DNA of 64,000 nt. Origin: the human T2T-CHM13v2.0 reference genome, Homo sapiens. The position numbers and the translations under genes are program-made. The stretch lies in the NCBI RefSeq assembly GCF_009914755.1, contig NC_060937.1. The stretch is one strand, 5' to 3'. Under the pieces are notes generated by a model. That model searched no databases. It was given only the letters and a program-made list of their open reading frames with translations, and was not told the origin of the DNA. Positions 12,442 through 27,360 of the stretch are shown here, in pieces (within the stretch, counting starts at the first letter, position 1; each line of letters starts with the position of its first letter).

Positions 12442-14465
12442 CCAAAGAAATCTAATTTAGTCATTTAGGCCTTGATTTTATACCACTGACTTAGTTTGAA
12501 GGCTGCTATAAGAAACAGCCCTATGAAACTGGTATTTTTCTACTGCAAGGTGGCTACTTTAAGACAATTTTTCATTGCATTCTATCAAGGGATGTCTTAT
12601 TATTATATCATTATATCAAGTGATGTTATAAATAGTAAGAATCAGATTAAGGGCTCATATTTCCTTCTTTGTATTGACTGTTGAAAAGGTATGGGGCCAA
12701 ATTTGTGGTTTGTCTGGAATTACATATTTTTGGGGGGTCTCTCTATTATCTTCATATTTATCCTATCTAAATTTTCCATTGCCAAATTTCCTTACTTATT
12801 TTTAGTTTTATCCTATTGCTTATGTATTTTTATGAGTCTCCATAAGTCTATTTTGGAAAAAGGCAGAGTACTCATAATTTTAGTATATCTTTTAGCTTTA
12901 TGTTGCCATAAACTTTTCATTATATACATGATCAACAACAGCAAATTATCTCACCTCAGTATTTAGTTTATTATTTTACAAACGAATTTATGATTACTAA
13001 CATGTAACTGAAGGTATACACTATTAGAACACAGTTTTCAGTAGAAAGTAGCACTGCCATTGAGTAATAAAATGTTCCAATATTAGAGCAACATTCTTAT
13101 ACAAGTTTGCATGTTGTTTACTGAGGTCTAAAGCATGACTACACAAAAGGCTGAATAAAATTCAGATTCTTACATACACATAAAATTGTTTTATTGAGAT
13201 GACAAAGTATATTTATTAGGCCACCCAGAATATAATCCACTCTGATAACTGCCAGTTTATGCACTTGCTGAAGTAACTCAGTACATAAATAGTAGCCACA
13301 ACAGTTGCTGTGCATGAAAGTTCTTCTCTTCCAGATTGAAGAGTGTACAATCTAAAGCATTTTAAAACTTTAAATCCCTTATTAGCTTAAATATAATTTA
13401 AAATTTTGGTTTGCCTTACCTATAATTTGTCTGTACACTAGGTTACTAAGGGTGATATGATTACATATGTGGACACAAAATAATTTTAATGGAAAATGAA
13501 ATTAGGTTACTCAACAAAGATAAAGGGTAATGATCATGTAACTAACCGTATTTGAGATTAGTTTAAGCCTGGGGTAGCTATACTTATGTTTCACAGACCT
13601 GGAGAAGATAGGAAAAAAAGCTTTTATCAACATTGCTAAGGAACAGGTAAAAGCTAACATTAGGTGACTAAGAGGTGACATAAAAAAGACTGAATAAAAT
13701 ATCATGGAGGTTTCATAATAAGATTGGAAATTCAATAGACTAGGAGAAAAAATATCCCAAAATATACATGCTCATTGGGAAAACACATAGTAAGAAAAAG
13801 GAGAGATCTCTATTTAATGATACAACAGTAGAGTTATAATTTCCTGTATAATGTAAATTTCAAGCATTTAAACATTTTCATTGAATTATAAAATACTATT
13901 TGGAAAAGAAAGAAAAACAGCACAACTGCAGATTACAGATGACTAAGATAGATGAATCATGAAAAGGTGCTAGCAGAGATTTCTATCACACCTATCAGGG
14001 ATACACAATTTCCAAGAATTTCAGAAGTGTTTGGTGTTCCTATTAACGTAAATCCTGAAATAACACCTGAGTGAACTGTCTTCTAATTCTTCAACTGGAT
14101 GGCTTTTTAGTGTAAAAGATGTTGAATACTGATTGACTTTTTAATAATTTTATAGTATAAGTCAGAAATACTGCACAGTCCCTATTTACATCTTTCTACA
14201 GTGGTTTTTAAAATGTTTTAAGAATAAAAAACATGCAAACTTTATTTGATTTTTCTGAGGAAATAACTTTTTGGATTTAATTTCAATGAAACCGTTGATA
14301 ACATTTCCCTCCCCAACAATCTCTGGCAATGATCCCTCAGATTTTAAAGATTATGTATTATTACCTTTTAATACAAGTAGAATAACACTCAGGGAATTTA
14401 CAACATTTGTTATTTTCAGTAAACACATTGGTTGAAGTTTAAAAGTCTATGCGTAGTAAACTTAC

Positions 14466-14628
14466 ATCTTTCAGGAGCTTGGTCAATGTGTTCTGGACAA
14501 AGCAGGAAGATGTGACTGAAATCCTGAAAGGTGTCGGCTCCTGCAGCACAAGGATAATGATACATCTGGGTACATTTCTCTTCACAGCATTTGATAGTGG
14601 CTCCAAAGTGCTTACAAAATGCACATCG
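14466..14628 (-). pseudogene. KMT2C: KMT2C exon 7-like, 163 nt (C-terminal part of the extended PHD finger)
   Basis: Acceptor ccctttcag|CGATGT, donor AAGAT|gtaagt. Translates RCAFCKHFGATIKCCEEKCTQMYHYPCAAGADTFQDFSHIFLLCPEHIDQAPER. Confidence 0.93.
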
Positions 14629-16008
14629 CTGAAAGGGGTAAAGGAGAGAAATCGCTTTATAAAACCTTGAAAAGGAATATTCAAATATAAGCTGGGAAGG
14701 TATAAAAAACTCTGTACATCACAAGTAAACAAATGGAACCTGCAAAATATTAAACAAAGGATTCGTTAGAAATAATAAAATCTACATTACTCAATTTAGT
14801 GCTTCGTGTGCTACCAACTCATCCTTCCATTCAAATTAGAAAGTTAGAATTTCATTCCTTATATTTTCAAAAATAAATTGTGAAGCATTTTTGAAACAAA
14901 ACCTAAAGATTTTTTTTTAAAGCAAATAGTAATATGGTTAAAGGGGCAGGTTTCTATATTGAGGATTATTATAAAGTTTTTAAATCCCACCAAAACTAGT
15001 AATAGGAACATATATTATTTATGAGACATATTACTATTTTTTACCCTGCCTAAAAATAAATACAAAATAAACTCATCAATTATAAGTTAACAGGGACATA
15101 AATAGTTAGACTCACAAAAAAAAAACTACATACTTCAATGTAGCAATCAACTTCAAATTTCTTAACAAAAGATGGAAATGTGGGGGAAAAAAATTAGTCA
15201 TCTGGTATCTTTCCCATTTCAACCTGCCTCCATTATCTTGCAAGTGGTAAAACACACAGAAATAAGCCCCAAACAAGAGGGGCAGTCTAGGGCAAGTGAA
15301 CACATAAGAAGTCAGAAGAAATTATGTAAAATGTTGCATTTACTTATTCAGTTTTCCCTTAGAATGATTCACAAACTCTTCCTCATTCTCCCAAGTCCAT
15401 TTTGAGCATCATTTTCTTTGAAGAGAGTCTGATGGGCCCTGTACTGTACAGTATGAAATCTCTCTGTGGGAAATGACTATCTAACATAAATTTTTGTTTA
15501 CACCGTTACATAGTACCTACTTGCTTATGCCATTACATGATCAGTTTATCTTTTTCTCATCCTAATCCAAGATCCTTCAGTTGAGGCACCATACTATCTT
15601 TGTATCCAAAGCACCAAAAATGCTGCTTCAAACAGGCCCTAATAGATAAGTGTTCCTATACATATACCAAAAAGTCTTAACTTTTGGTGATCTTGTTTGT
15701 GAGTGTGGCTCATAAACAGCTTAGCTGAGATAACTGGAGCCTCACGTAGCAGAGACAGTTGGACCCTGCTAACATTACTGTGGATATCTTCACATGTTAC
15801 TACACTGACTTTATATTCTGCTAATTAACCAGGGACTACAGCAGTTAAAATTATAATTGTTTTCAATGTTTTATGTGTAAATCTGTATTTCACATACTAT
15901 CAAACTCTTCCTCACTGTCATCAGTCTACTGCATTGAATCAACATAACAAAGCTAAATGACTCCTGAGGGCCGAATCAGAAAGAAGAAAAGAAAGAGATA
16001 CAAAACTT

Positions 16009-16203
16009 TGGCCAGCCCAGTGGCTCACACCTGTAATCCTGGCACTTTAGAAGGCCAAGGCGGGCGGATCACGAGGTCAGGAGATCGAGACCATCCTGGC
16101 TGACACAGTGAAACTCCATCTCTACTGAAAATACAAAAAATTAGCCGGACGTGGTGGCAGGCACCTGTAGTCCCAGCTACTTAGGAGGCTGAAGCAGGAG
16201 AAG
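16009..16203 (+). mobile_element. 3'-truncated Alu (Sc/Y-type), antisense to the gene and with splice sites
   Basis: ggatcacgaggtcaggagatcgagaccatcctggct; ends at gcaggagaa with no tail. Confidence 0.9.
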
Positions 16204-17093
16204 CTTCTAAATAACTCATAAACACTAATTACTGTTGTGACACTTTAATTTTATATAATATTTATAAGTATACAGAATAACATTTCAGTGCTATTTTGGC
16301 ACTCAAGGGTATTAATGTATTAGAAACACAGAAAAAATATTTGTCTTCATTGATAAAGTGTAATAACCAGCTTTTACAAAACAGGTAATTTTTTATATTG
16401 TAACTCCCAAGGTATCTAAATATGTTTAGTGCATTAACAGAACCCAGAATTAACTGCAAATACAACACCTTGGTAGTCTAAATGTCCAAACAGAAAGTTC
16501 ACATAAATGTCGAAAGAAAAAGTACAATCAATCTGTTGAAAAATATTTATAACAACTCATTAGCATAACTAATTTCTGCTAAATTGTTAAAATCTAAAAT
16601 CGCTTATTTTGATACCATATGGCAAGTTTTGCAGAAGCCTTTTGCACTAAAAATAATCTTGGCAGATAAAATATAATGAGAGGTAAGTACATAATAACAG
16701 AAAATAATTTAAATTGACCAGCTTCTCAATGTCTTTCTCATTTTAGAAACACCAATATGTTCTCTTAATCATATCTGCAATGAAAAATATTATATTAGCT
16801 AAACTATTACGAAAAGTACTGGAATATATCTAACATACTAATTTACAATATCATATAAAGGTATCAGTGAATAAAAGAAGGAAAATAAAACACTACATTT
16901 AGGGGAACGCTTCAAACCCATATGTTACAATTAAATAGCTAATGAAGAGCACTCGGCATTAAAAGAAAACGTTTACTATATATACACAGTCTGGAATGTA
17001 TCTTCCTAAACCAAATAAAAAGGACTTGTAAAATCATAGACAATATCAAAGAATAGATTTCTACAGGGAACTTCTCAAATGTCAACACTCTTA

Positions 17094-17530
<437 letters not shown>

Positions 17531-18029
17531 CCCTTAAATGGTTTATCAACTAAATGGTTTATTTGAATCAATAATGAAAATTCCTAGACAGCATTTTTTC
17601 TTTTTACTTTTATTCGTCATTAAAAAGACAGGGAGTAAGAAAAGGAAAAAAAGTAACATGTTATAAATATTTTCCCATATTAATCCAAGAACACAATAAG
17701 AACAACAAAAACTCAGTGAGAACTCATATTACCAATTTTAAGAATGAGTCTGAGGAATTTTCAAAACTTTTATTTAATAGATTGAAATAATCTGTCAAAA
17801 TGTATCTATAAAACACAACAGAATGAACAAAATTTCTGAGATTAAAGTTGTATCATAAAAAAATACCAAGAAGTTAAATATTCCACAGTTCATTTAATTA
17901 ATTATCCAGTATTTATTCTGTACCAACTATAGCAATGGTTTTAGGCTACGTGCTCCAATAAATAAGTATTGTAAGGCTCCCCATGCTCCAAATTTGTTTT
18001 TAATCTTCACCAATCTGTTTTTAGTGTTA

Positions 18030-18700
18030 GGCAACTAGGATTCTCCCAGGATGCAGTAATAAAGAACAAAGATGGAAAGCAAGAGAAAGAGGTAGAATGA
18101 CATGAAAATCTGATCCAGAAGGTGTAACGTCTGTTTTATATGAGTACCAGAAAGGGAGAAAATAGGAGGGATTATAATCACCAAAATTCTAAAGGAAAAG
18201 TTATGCATATATCTAATAATAAAAGCTAACATTTAATTAGGCATAATCCTCATTCAACAGATGAGGAATCTAAAACCCAAAGAGTCATTATCACTGTTCC
18301 ACTTATCTCTGTATCCCTACAAAAATACTCACTCTTGATCTGTAACAATGCCTCCTTAAACTCCCTGAATGGCAGCTTCAGGTAAAAACTTCCCAGAAAG
18401 TTTGAAATAACAAGGATAAAAGGAAAATTCTTGGAGCCACATAAAAAAGAAAACAGATCATTACAAAAAAAGAAGAATCGGGCATCAGTTCTCATTACCA
18501 ATACTGAATTAAAAAGAAACCCCCCAAAAAATCATTATTTTCCTAGGTCTATAAGAAATTATTTAAAACCAAAATTTTAATGTCTGTTAAGCTAACATTC
18601 AAGTCCACGGATAACAAATGTAAATAGTTTAAATTCTCTAGTAAAAGACAGCAACTTTCAAAATATGCAAAATATACTACTTAACACATACACATATTTT
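18030..18700 (+). mobile_element. Degraded L1 ORF1-region remnants
   Basis: A-rich sequence, gagtaccagaaagggagaaaatag...ggataaaaggaaaattcttggagcc...atcgggcatcagttctc. Confidence 0.45.
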
Positions 18701-18769
18701 ACATGTAACTATACTACAGACTTCATTTATGTATGTGTGTGTGTGTACACATATATAATATAAAATGAA

Positions 18770-19362
<593 letters not shown>

Positions 19363-19399
19363 ATATATATATATATACATACATATATATTCATACATA

Positions 19400-20200
19400 T
19401 GCACAATGCACAGTGACATACACAATTCAAAAACAGACTTGAGGGGAAAAAACACAAACGCTATCCAAAAAATGCAGGTATAGCAATAATTGCAAAGAAA
19501 CAGAATTTAAACTAAAAAGCAGTGAACAAGTCAAAGATAATTTATAATAACATAAGTTTTATGTTGCAGTGTAAATTCCAAAAGAAGCCATAGTCATTAA
19601 AGTTTATACACCTAATAAATATATGTCACATATAGAAAGTAAAGCTGAGTAGAAATAACATGCATAGATTAGACTTTAACATAGCTCTCAAATGAGGATA
19701 TTAAGTAGATATGAAATAAATAATAACAATGATCGGTTTTGATTCAAACAGACACATAAAATACACGCAGATCTCTGAATTCCAAAAATAGAGAAAACAT
19801 CCTATTCAAATGTACATAGAATTTTCAAAAAAACTTCACATGTATGGTCATAAAGAAATGTCCACATATTTTAAAAAGCAGGTATTTCCTAGGTTATATC
19901 CAGTAAAAGCAGATGCGTCCCTAGACCTAATACAATAAAAATTAGAAATTCATAATATAAGGATAAACTCCCAAATCTATCCACTGGCAAAATTTAAAAG
20001 TCCTTTCTATATAACGGCAGAGTTTCAATCAAGAAGAAAAATCATGTATTATTTTTAAATGATTAAGAAACATCAAAAATATCTCTGAGATGTGGCAAAT
20101 GTGGTATTCAGAGGAAAAAATATAGCTTCAAACATGCAAAACTGTAAGACTAAAGAATTACAATAAATAATGCCCGATTCAAAAATTAAGCCAATAAGAA
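19400..20200 (+). mobile_element. Degraded L1 ORF2 (endonuclease-region) remnants
   Basis: agaatttaaactaaaaagc...tttatacacctaataa...ttcaaatgtacatagaattttc...acaataaaattagaaatt...ttcagaggaaaaaatatagc. Confidence 0.55.
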
Positions 20201-20655
20201 TCAACATATAATCCATGAGATTCGCCATCTAGGGAAGTAAACCCACCCTAATACTGTGTTTATTAAAATGCTGTTAATGAGATCCGAGGTTTAAACAACT
20301 CTTCACTTTAGAAAGTGAAATAAAGCTGACTGAAATAAAACCTAATCTATGAAATTATTCTGTATATGAATTGACCTGAAGTAATGAACAGTTCAATGAC
20401 TGGCTTATGACTCTTGTTCTGGTCCAGGTTAATCATTCTAGTTGGCATACTATTAAACACACATTTCTGATTGAAACATCTGTTAAATAACATCAAACGA
20501 CATTACAAAATCAAAATGGAGACTGCTAAGAGTGGGATTTTTCTCCTGCCAGTATCTTTCCTTTCTGCCACATCCTCCTCCCTGCTTCCACAGCAATCTT
20601 TCTAAAGGAATACAAATATATTCTGAATCACACGCAAACCCCTCAATACAGAATG

Positions 20656-21600
<945 letters not shown>

Positions 21601-22257
21601 TAGAGCAGCATTTCAAGGCCCTCCATGCTTTGGTCTCTGCCAAATCACTATTAGATTTTTAAGATTTTTTTTTACACATTATACTTACATTACACAATGT
21701 CTTAACACTATGAAGTAAAAATGTAAATATTTTAAACTCTGGCTTGGAAATGAGGAGGCAGAATCTCAGAAATTTTCCTAAAATAAAATAGGAGAGGCAA
21801 GCTTTCTGAGTCCACAAAAGTGCCCTCTACCTATTGGGTCAAAGAAAAAGTAATTTCTCTATTTGTAACAACATACATAAATTATAAACCCTGAAGAAAT
21901 AGGTCCCTAATAGCTATAATCTTTAACATAACCATAAATAAAAACATGAATAAATCTGACTACATAAAAATGTAAAAACTTCTATGTGGTGAGAACACAC
22001 ATTACAGAAAAAAAAATCAAATGACAAAAAATAACCTCCAATTTGGATTACAAATATCTAGTATCCTGGATATATACAAATAAAGCATGTAAGTTATAAA
22101 AATGAGTATAATTTTAAAATAGACAAGGATACTTTATAGAATTTCATAATTTAAGGAAGACATAAAGTTAGCCAATAAACTATGGGTAATATGCAAGAAT
22201 CAGTAAGCATTATTATTTGCCAGCAGCTAAGCCAAGTACTTTATAAGAATTACTTTA

Positions 22258-22656
<399 letters not shown>

Positions 22657-22808
22657 TTAAATTTCCTTGTTCAAGTCCATAGAGTCAGGAAATGAAAAAG
22701 GAACTGAACTCAAGGAGTTCATAATTATTTATATACAAGTAATAAAGACAAATTCATTGACTATGGAAATGTACTGAGTATTTTGTCTTGTTTACATAAT
22801 GGTTTTTA

Positions 22809-23171
<363 letters not shown>

Positions 23172-25009
23172 TTAGAATCCATAATACTCTCAGTGTCAAC
23201 CAAAAGAAATGTACTGCAATGTTCACAGAACACAATTCATAATGACCTCAAATTGAAAGTCCTCAAAATGCCCAACGGTAAAATAAATAAATTATAGTAC
23301 TCTTAACAACAGAATACTATATATCAATGAGAAAAATAAACGACTTAGTAGCTCAATTATACGAAGTACAAAGCCAATTACGCAAAGTACAAACATAGGC
23401 AAGACTCACCTATGTTGTTACTAGATGATAGTGCATGTCTCTGGGGAGTTAGGAATAGTAACCAACAGGAGGCTTGAATGGAATGTCTGGGGCGCTATTA
23501 TTTGTTTCCTGATGTGATTTTAGTATATAGGTTCTAATATTTGGGGTATTCCTAGAAATGTGTACCTATTATTCACTTGCTCTATATATATAGCAAAGTG
23601 AATTTTATATATAATTCTTCAACATATTTTTAGAAAAATTAAGTTTTTTTAGAAAATCAAGAGAATTTTAGATAAAAACTCAACTTTTAATGGAAAATAT
23701 TTTCCTTTTTCTTTCTCACATGAAATCCTCTATCAAGGTTAGTATCCTACCTGGCATCTCTCCAATACTGGGTTAAGAGTTTTTCTTCTCAAGTAACCTG
23801 TATTATATTAAGATGATATTAACTGAAATAATCAGATAGATGACTGCGCCATAAAGCTAATTCTAAGGTATCTGTCCTTAGCCAAAAGCAGAAAAGGGAT
23901 ACACATAACTTCCACATAAAACATCCACCCTCATTTTTTTGGTTATTCTTAAAAGCTCATAATGTATACAATGATAAAATTTATTGTTTCAAATTAGGGT
24001 TTTTGAAATTGAAATATTAATTTAAACACGTTTGCTTAACACAACTTTAAAGTTAATAAGAAAACACTGCATATTACAGAAGAGTTAAATACTTCAAAAA
24101 GTGGGAAAGAATTTAAAAGCTTTCATTTGAGTAGGAGTAAACACAGACACACTAAGAATCTAGTTGGATACACTTAAATCATGTCTTTTAAGAACATAAG
24201 AACAGATTATTTGCTTCCTCTTTAGTCCAAAACCTTGGTGTAATTTTAGTCCAAATTTGAAACTAACAGAAGAATACTCAGCTTCTTAAAAGTTTTATTT
24301 CAAGAACAGTAAAAGAACTTCTGGTCTTACAAACATTACACAGATAAAACGAGTTTCTCCAAACAGATGTATGTAAAAATCTAGTACATATACCCCCAAG
24401 TTGAGTCAATAAGGTGAACCAGATTCTGGTTGAATGGAATCCTTGAAATATAACTTTGGTGAACAAACTGTTTGTGTTTTCCACTTTTCTTAAAAAAAGA
24501 AGTGATAAAGCAGATTTCCAGTACCTGCCAGCTGACAAAATGCTACTTACCAGGTAAAAACCACTGCCAAAAATCAGAATCACAGAAGGGCTATCAGTAA
24601 AATTATTAATGTCACAAATTAACATGATGTTAACAGCTGATTTATGCATCAAAAGAGTATTTATATAATCACAGCAAATAACTCAAATCTTTTACATCAC
24701 TAGTAAACTCAAAAAATATAGCAAAAAGCAATAACATTAAATTTCATTATTGATCTACTAGCTTTAACTATTTAATACTAGTACACTTAGTTTTGATTAC
24801 TTTGAAATTGAAGCAAAAACAATAATCTTTTCTTCTTTTAATGACTTTTTCAGTTACAGGAAAGATGATATTAAAAGAAGATATACAACCATAGCTTAGC
24901 TACAGGTATAAAATTGTTTTAAAGATATGTAATTGTGCTATTGAATTAAACTGAAAACATAAATATCAACTCATGATTTTGAAAAAAAAATCTTTTTTAT
25001 GTTTGGTTT

Positions 25010-26260
25010 TGGTAAAAGGAGAGATAAATAAGTCAGAAGAACAGAAAATACAGAAATAGGCAAACTTTCCCATATTCAATTAATTTTTGAGCAAGGGGTC
25101 AAGGTAATTCAAGAGAGCAATAAATAATCTTTTAGAATGATGCTGGAACTGCCAAATAATTCATATGGAAAACAAAGAAACATGAATCTTATCTCGTATT
25201 CTCTTATCATATGTGTAATTTAACCATAAATGGATTTTTTAAACCTACAAGTAACACTGCGGCAAGCAAAGATTTTTTAATAAAGCATAAAGAGCATAAT
25301 TTTTTCAACTTCAAAAAATTAACAAATGACAAATGTCATCAAAATGAAACCCTCTGCTGTTCAATAAACATTGCTAAATAAATGAAAACAAGTCACACAT
25401 TAGGCAAAAATATTTATAAAATGCATCTCCAATAACTGACTTCTGTGAATAATATATTAAAAAAAACTTAGAACTCAAGAAGATGACAAGCAAATCAATT
25501 GGAAAAAAATGGTGGTAGAGACAAAATACTTTAACAGACATGTCACCAAAGATACACAAATGGCAAAAAAAAAGACATAAAAAGAAGCTCAATCTAATTA
25601 ATCATCAGAGAATGCAAAATCAAACCCACAATAAATTGTCACTAAATGCCAACCAGATGGCTAAAATTTAGAAACAGTGGCAATATCCAGTGCTGGCAAC
25701 AATGTACAGCAAATGGAACTCTCAGATCTCTAGAAATGGAAAAGTATACAGACACTTTTTAAGAAACTGTGAAACTGTTTTCCAAAGTTAAGAATATTAT
25801 TTCCAACAAGTCAGAAATTCCAGTCCTAGGTATTTACCCAAGAAACATGAAAAGATACATCTACAACGAAGCATGTTACATAAATGCTCACAGCAGCTTT
25901 ATATACTGGCCAAAAATTGAACGAAACTTAACTGTAAGCTAGTGAATGGACCAATCTCAAAACGATTATGCTAAGCAAAAAAAAGGCAGATGGAAAAGAT
26001 TCTATACTGTATGGTTCCATTCATATATTAGTCTAGAAAAGGCAAAACTATAGGAAAGCAACAGATCGGTGATTGCCAGGAGCTGGAGTGGGAGGTAGGC
26101 AGTAACTTCAAAAAGTCATGAGCGAATTTATGGGTAAAGGGTCTATTCTGTATCTTGACTATGATGGTAATTACATGACTGTTCATATTTACCAAATCAC
26201 ATTCAATACACACCTTAGAAAGGGTGAATTATAGTGTATGCAAAATATACCTTAACAAAA
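25010..26260 (+). mobile_element. Old L1M (L1ME-like) ORF2 3' part and 3' UTR
   Basis: cctaggtatttacccaagaaacatgaaa...cagcagctttat...aaaaggcaaaactatag...gtgattgccagg...tgtatgcaaaatatacctt. Confidence 0.75.
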
Positions 26261-26480
26261 CAATGACTCTCACACATAAATTTATTTATTTATTGGGTAA
26301 CAGCATAGGGACTAATATCAGAATAACTTTCCTAAAATGTCTCAAATCTGAAGAAAATGTAAAAGCTAACTAATTGAAGTTACCTGTAAATAACCAAAAA
26401 CTGGCTGGAATGGGAGGACATTTTACCCTTGGAAAAAAAGCGGAATATCATTGGCTAAAATCTATATTTAAATAGAGTTT

Positions 26481-26782
<302 letters not shown>

Positions 26783-26799
26783 CTACAACTAATAAGTAT

Positions 26800-27360
26800 A
26801 GTACTTTCAATGAAAATTTTAGTGGATGGGCTTAACAAGAGATTGGTAGAAAATTGGCCCATCTCCTTGAAAATACATGAATAGTGTATCTATTCTGAGG
26901 AACTAAAAGTAAAAACACTGGGAAGAAGACGAACAGACCCTCAGTAACCTACAAAATATCAAATATACTAACATTCATGTAATTAGAGTTACAGAGGAAG
27001 AGGAGAGAGAAATGAGACAGAAAAAGAATAAGAAATAAAAGTCAAGCTTTTCACAAATTTGGTGAAAAATATCAACTTACACTTTCAAGAAGCTCAGCAA
27101 CCCCCAAGCAGGATGAATACAAAGAAAACCACACCTAGGCACATCATAGTCAGACTGCTGAAAACCAAATATAAAGAGAAAATCCTGAAAGCAGCCAGAG
27201 AATATCAAAACATTACTATATACATGGGAATAATGATACTACTGACACCACACCTGACTTCTCATTAGAAACCATGGAAGACAGGAAACAATGCAACATC
27301 TTTTAAATGCTTGAAGAAGAAAAACATAATCATCCCAGAACTCTATATTCAGGGAAAAAA
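26800..27360 (+). mobile_element. L1 ORF1 remnant
   Basis: ORF 27059..27268 (INLHFQEAQQPPSRMNTKKTTPRHIIVRLLKTKYKEKILKAARE) matches the L1 ORF1p RRM/CTD region. Confidence 0.85.

Larger units (their letters stand above)
5881..14627 (-). other. BAGE2/BAGE3-type C-terminal reading frame (+1 frame across exons 7-8, stop TAG at 5881-5883)
   Basis: The spliced +1 frame reads DVHFVSTLEPLSNAVKRNVPRCIIILVLQEPTPFRISVTSSCFVQNTLTKLLKD-RRKMQTVQCATARETS*, matching the BAGE3 C-terminus as I recall it. The BAGE N-terminal exons are not seen in the window. Confidence 0.7.
3791..14628 (-). pseudogene. KMT2C: Partial duplicated copy of KMT2C/MLL3 (exons 7-9 equivalent; KMT2CP/BAGE-family segmental duplicate)
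   Basis: Three GT-AG exons of 163, 172 and 115 nt translate in frame to RCAFCKHFGATIKCC...CAVCDSPGDLLDQFFCTTCGQHYHGMC...CDTCDKGYHTFC...GWKCK. They show four substitutions versus the recalled KMT2C protein, and no exons 2-6 are visible upstream in the window. Confidence 0.85.

Noticed and set aside
3791-14628. Calling this the functional KMT2C gene (CDS)
   Set aside because: There are four substitutions in a highly conserved region, including the paralog-type L291F, and exons 2-6 are not visible upstream. A duplicate is more likely, though alignment is needed to confirm.
5760-14628. Endless ORF from an exon 7-8 circle
   Set aside because: 335 nt is not a multiple of 3, so the frame would shift at the junction.
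27059-27268. Active L1 ORF1
   Set aside because: It is a short remnant in a degraded element with no intact ORF2.
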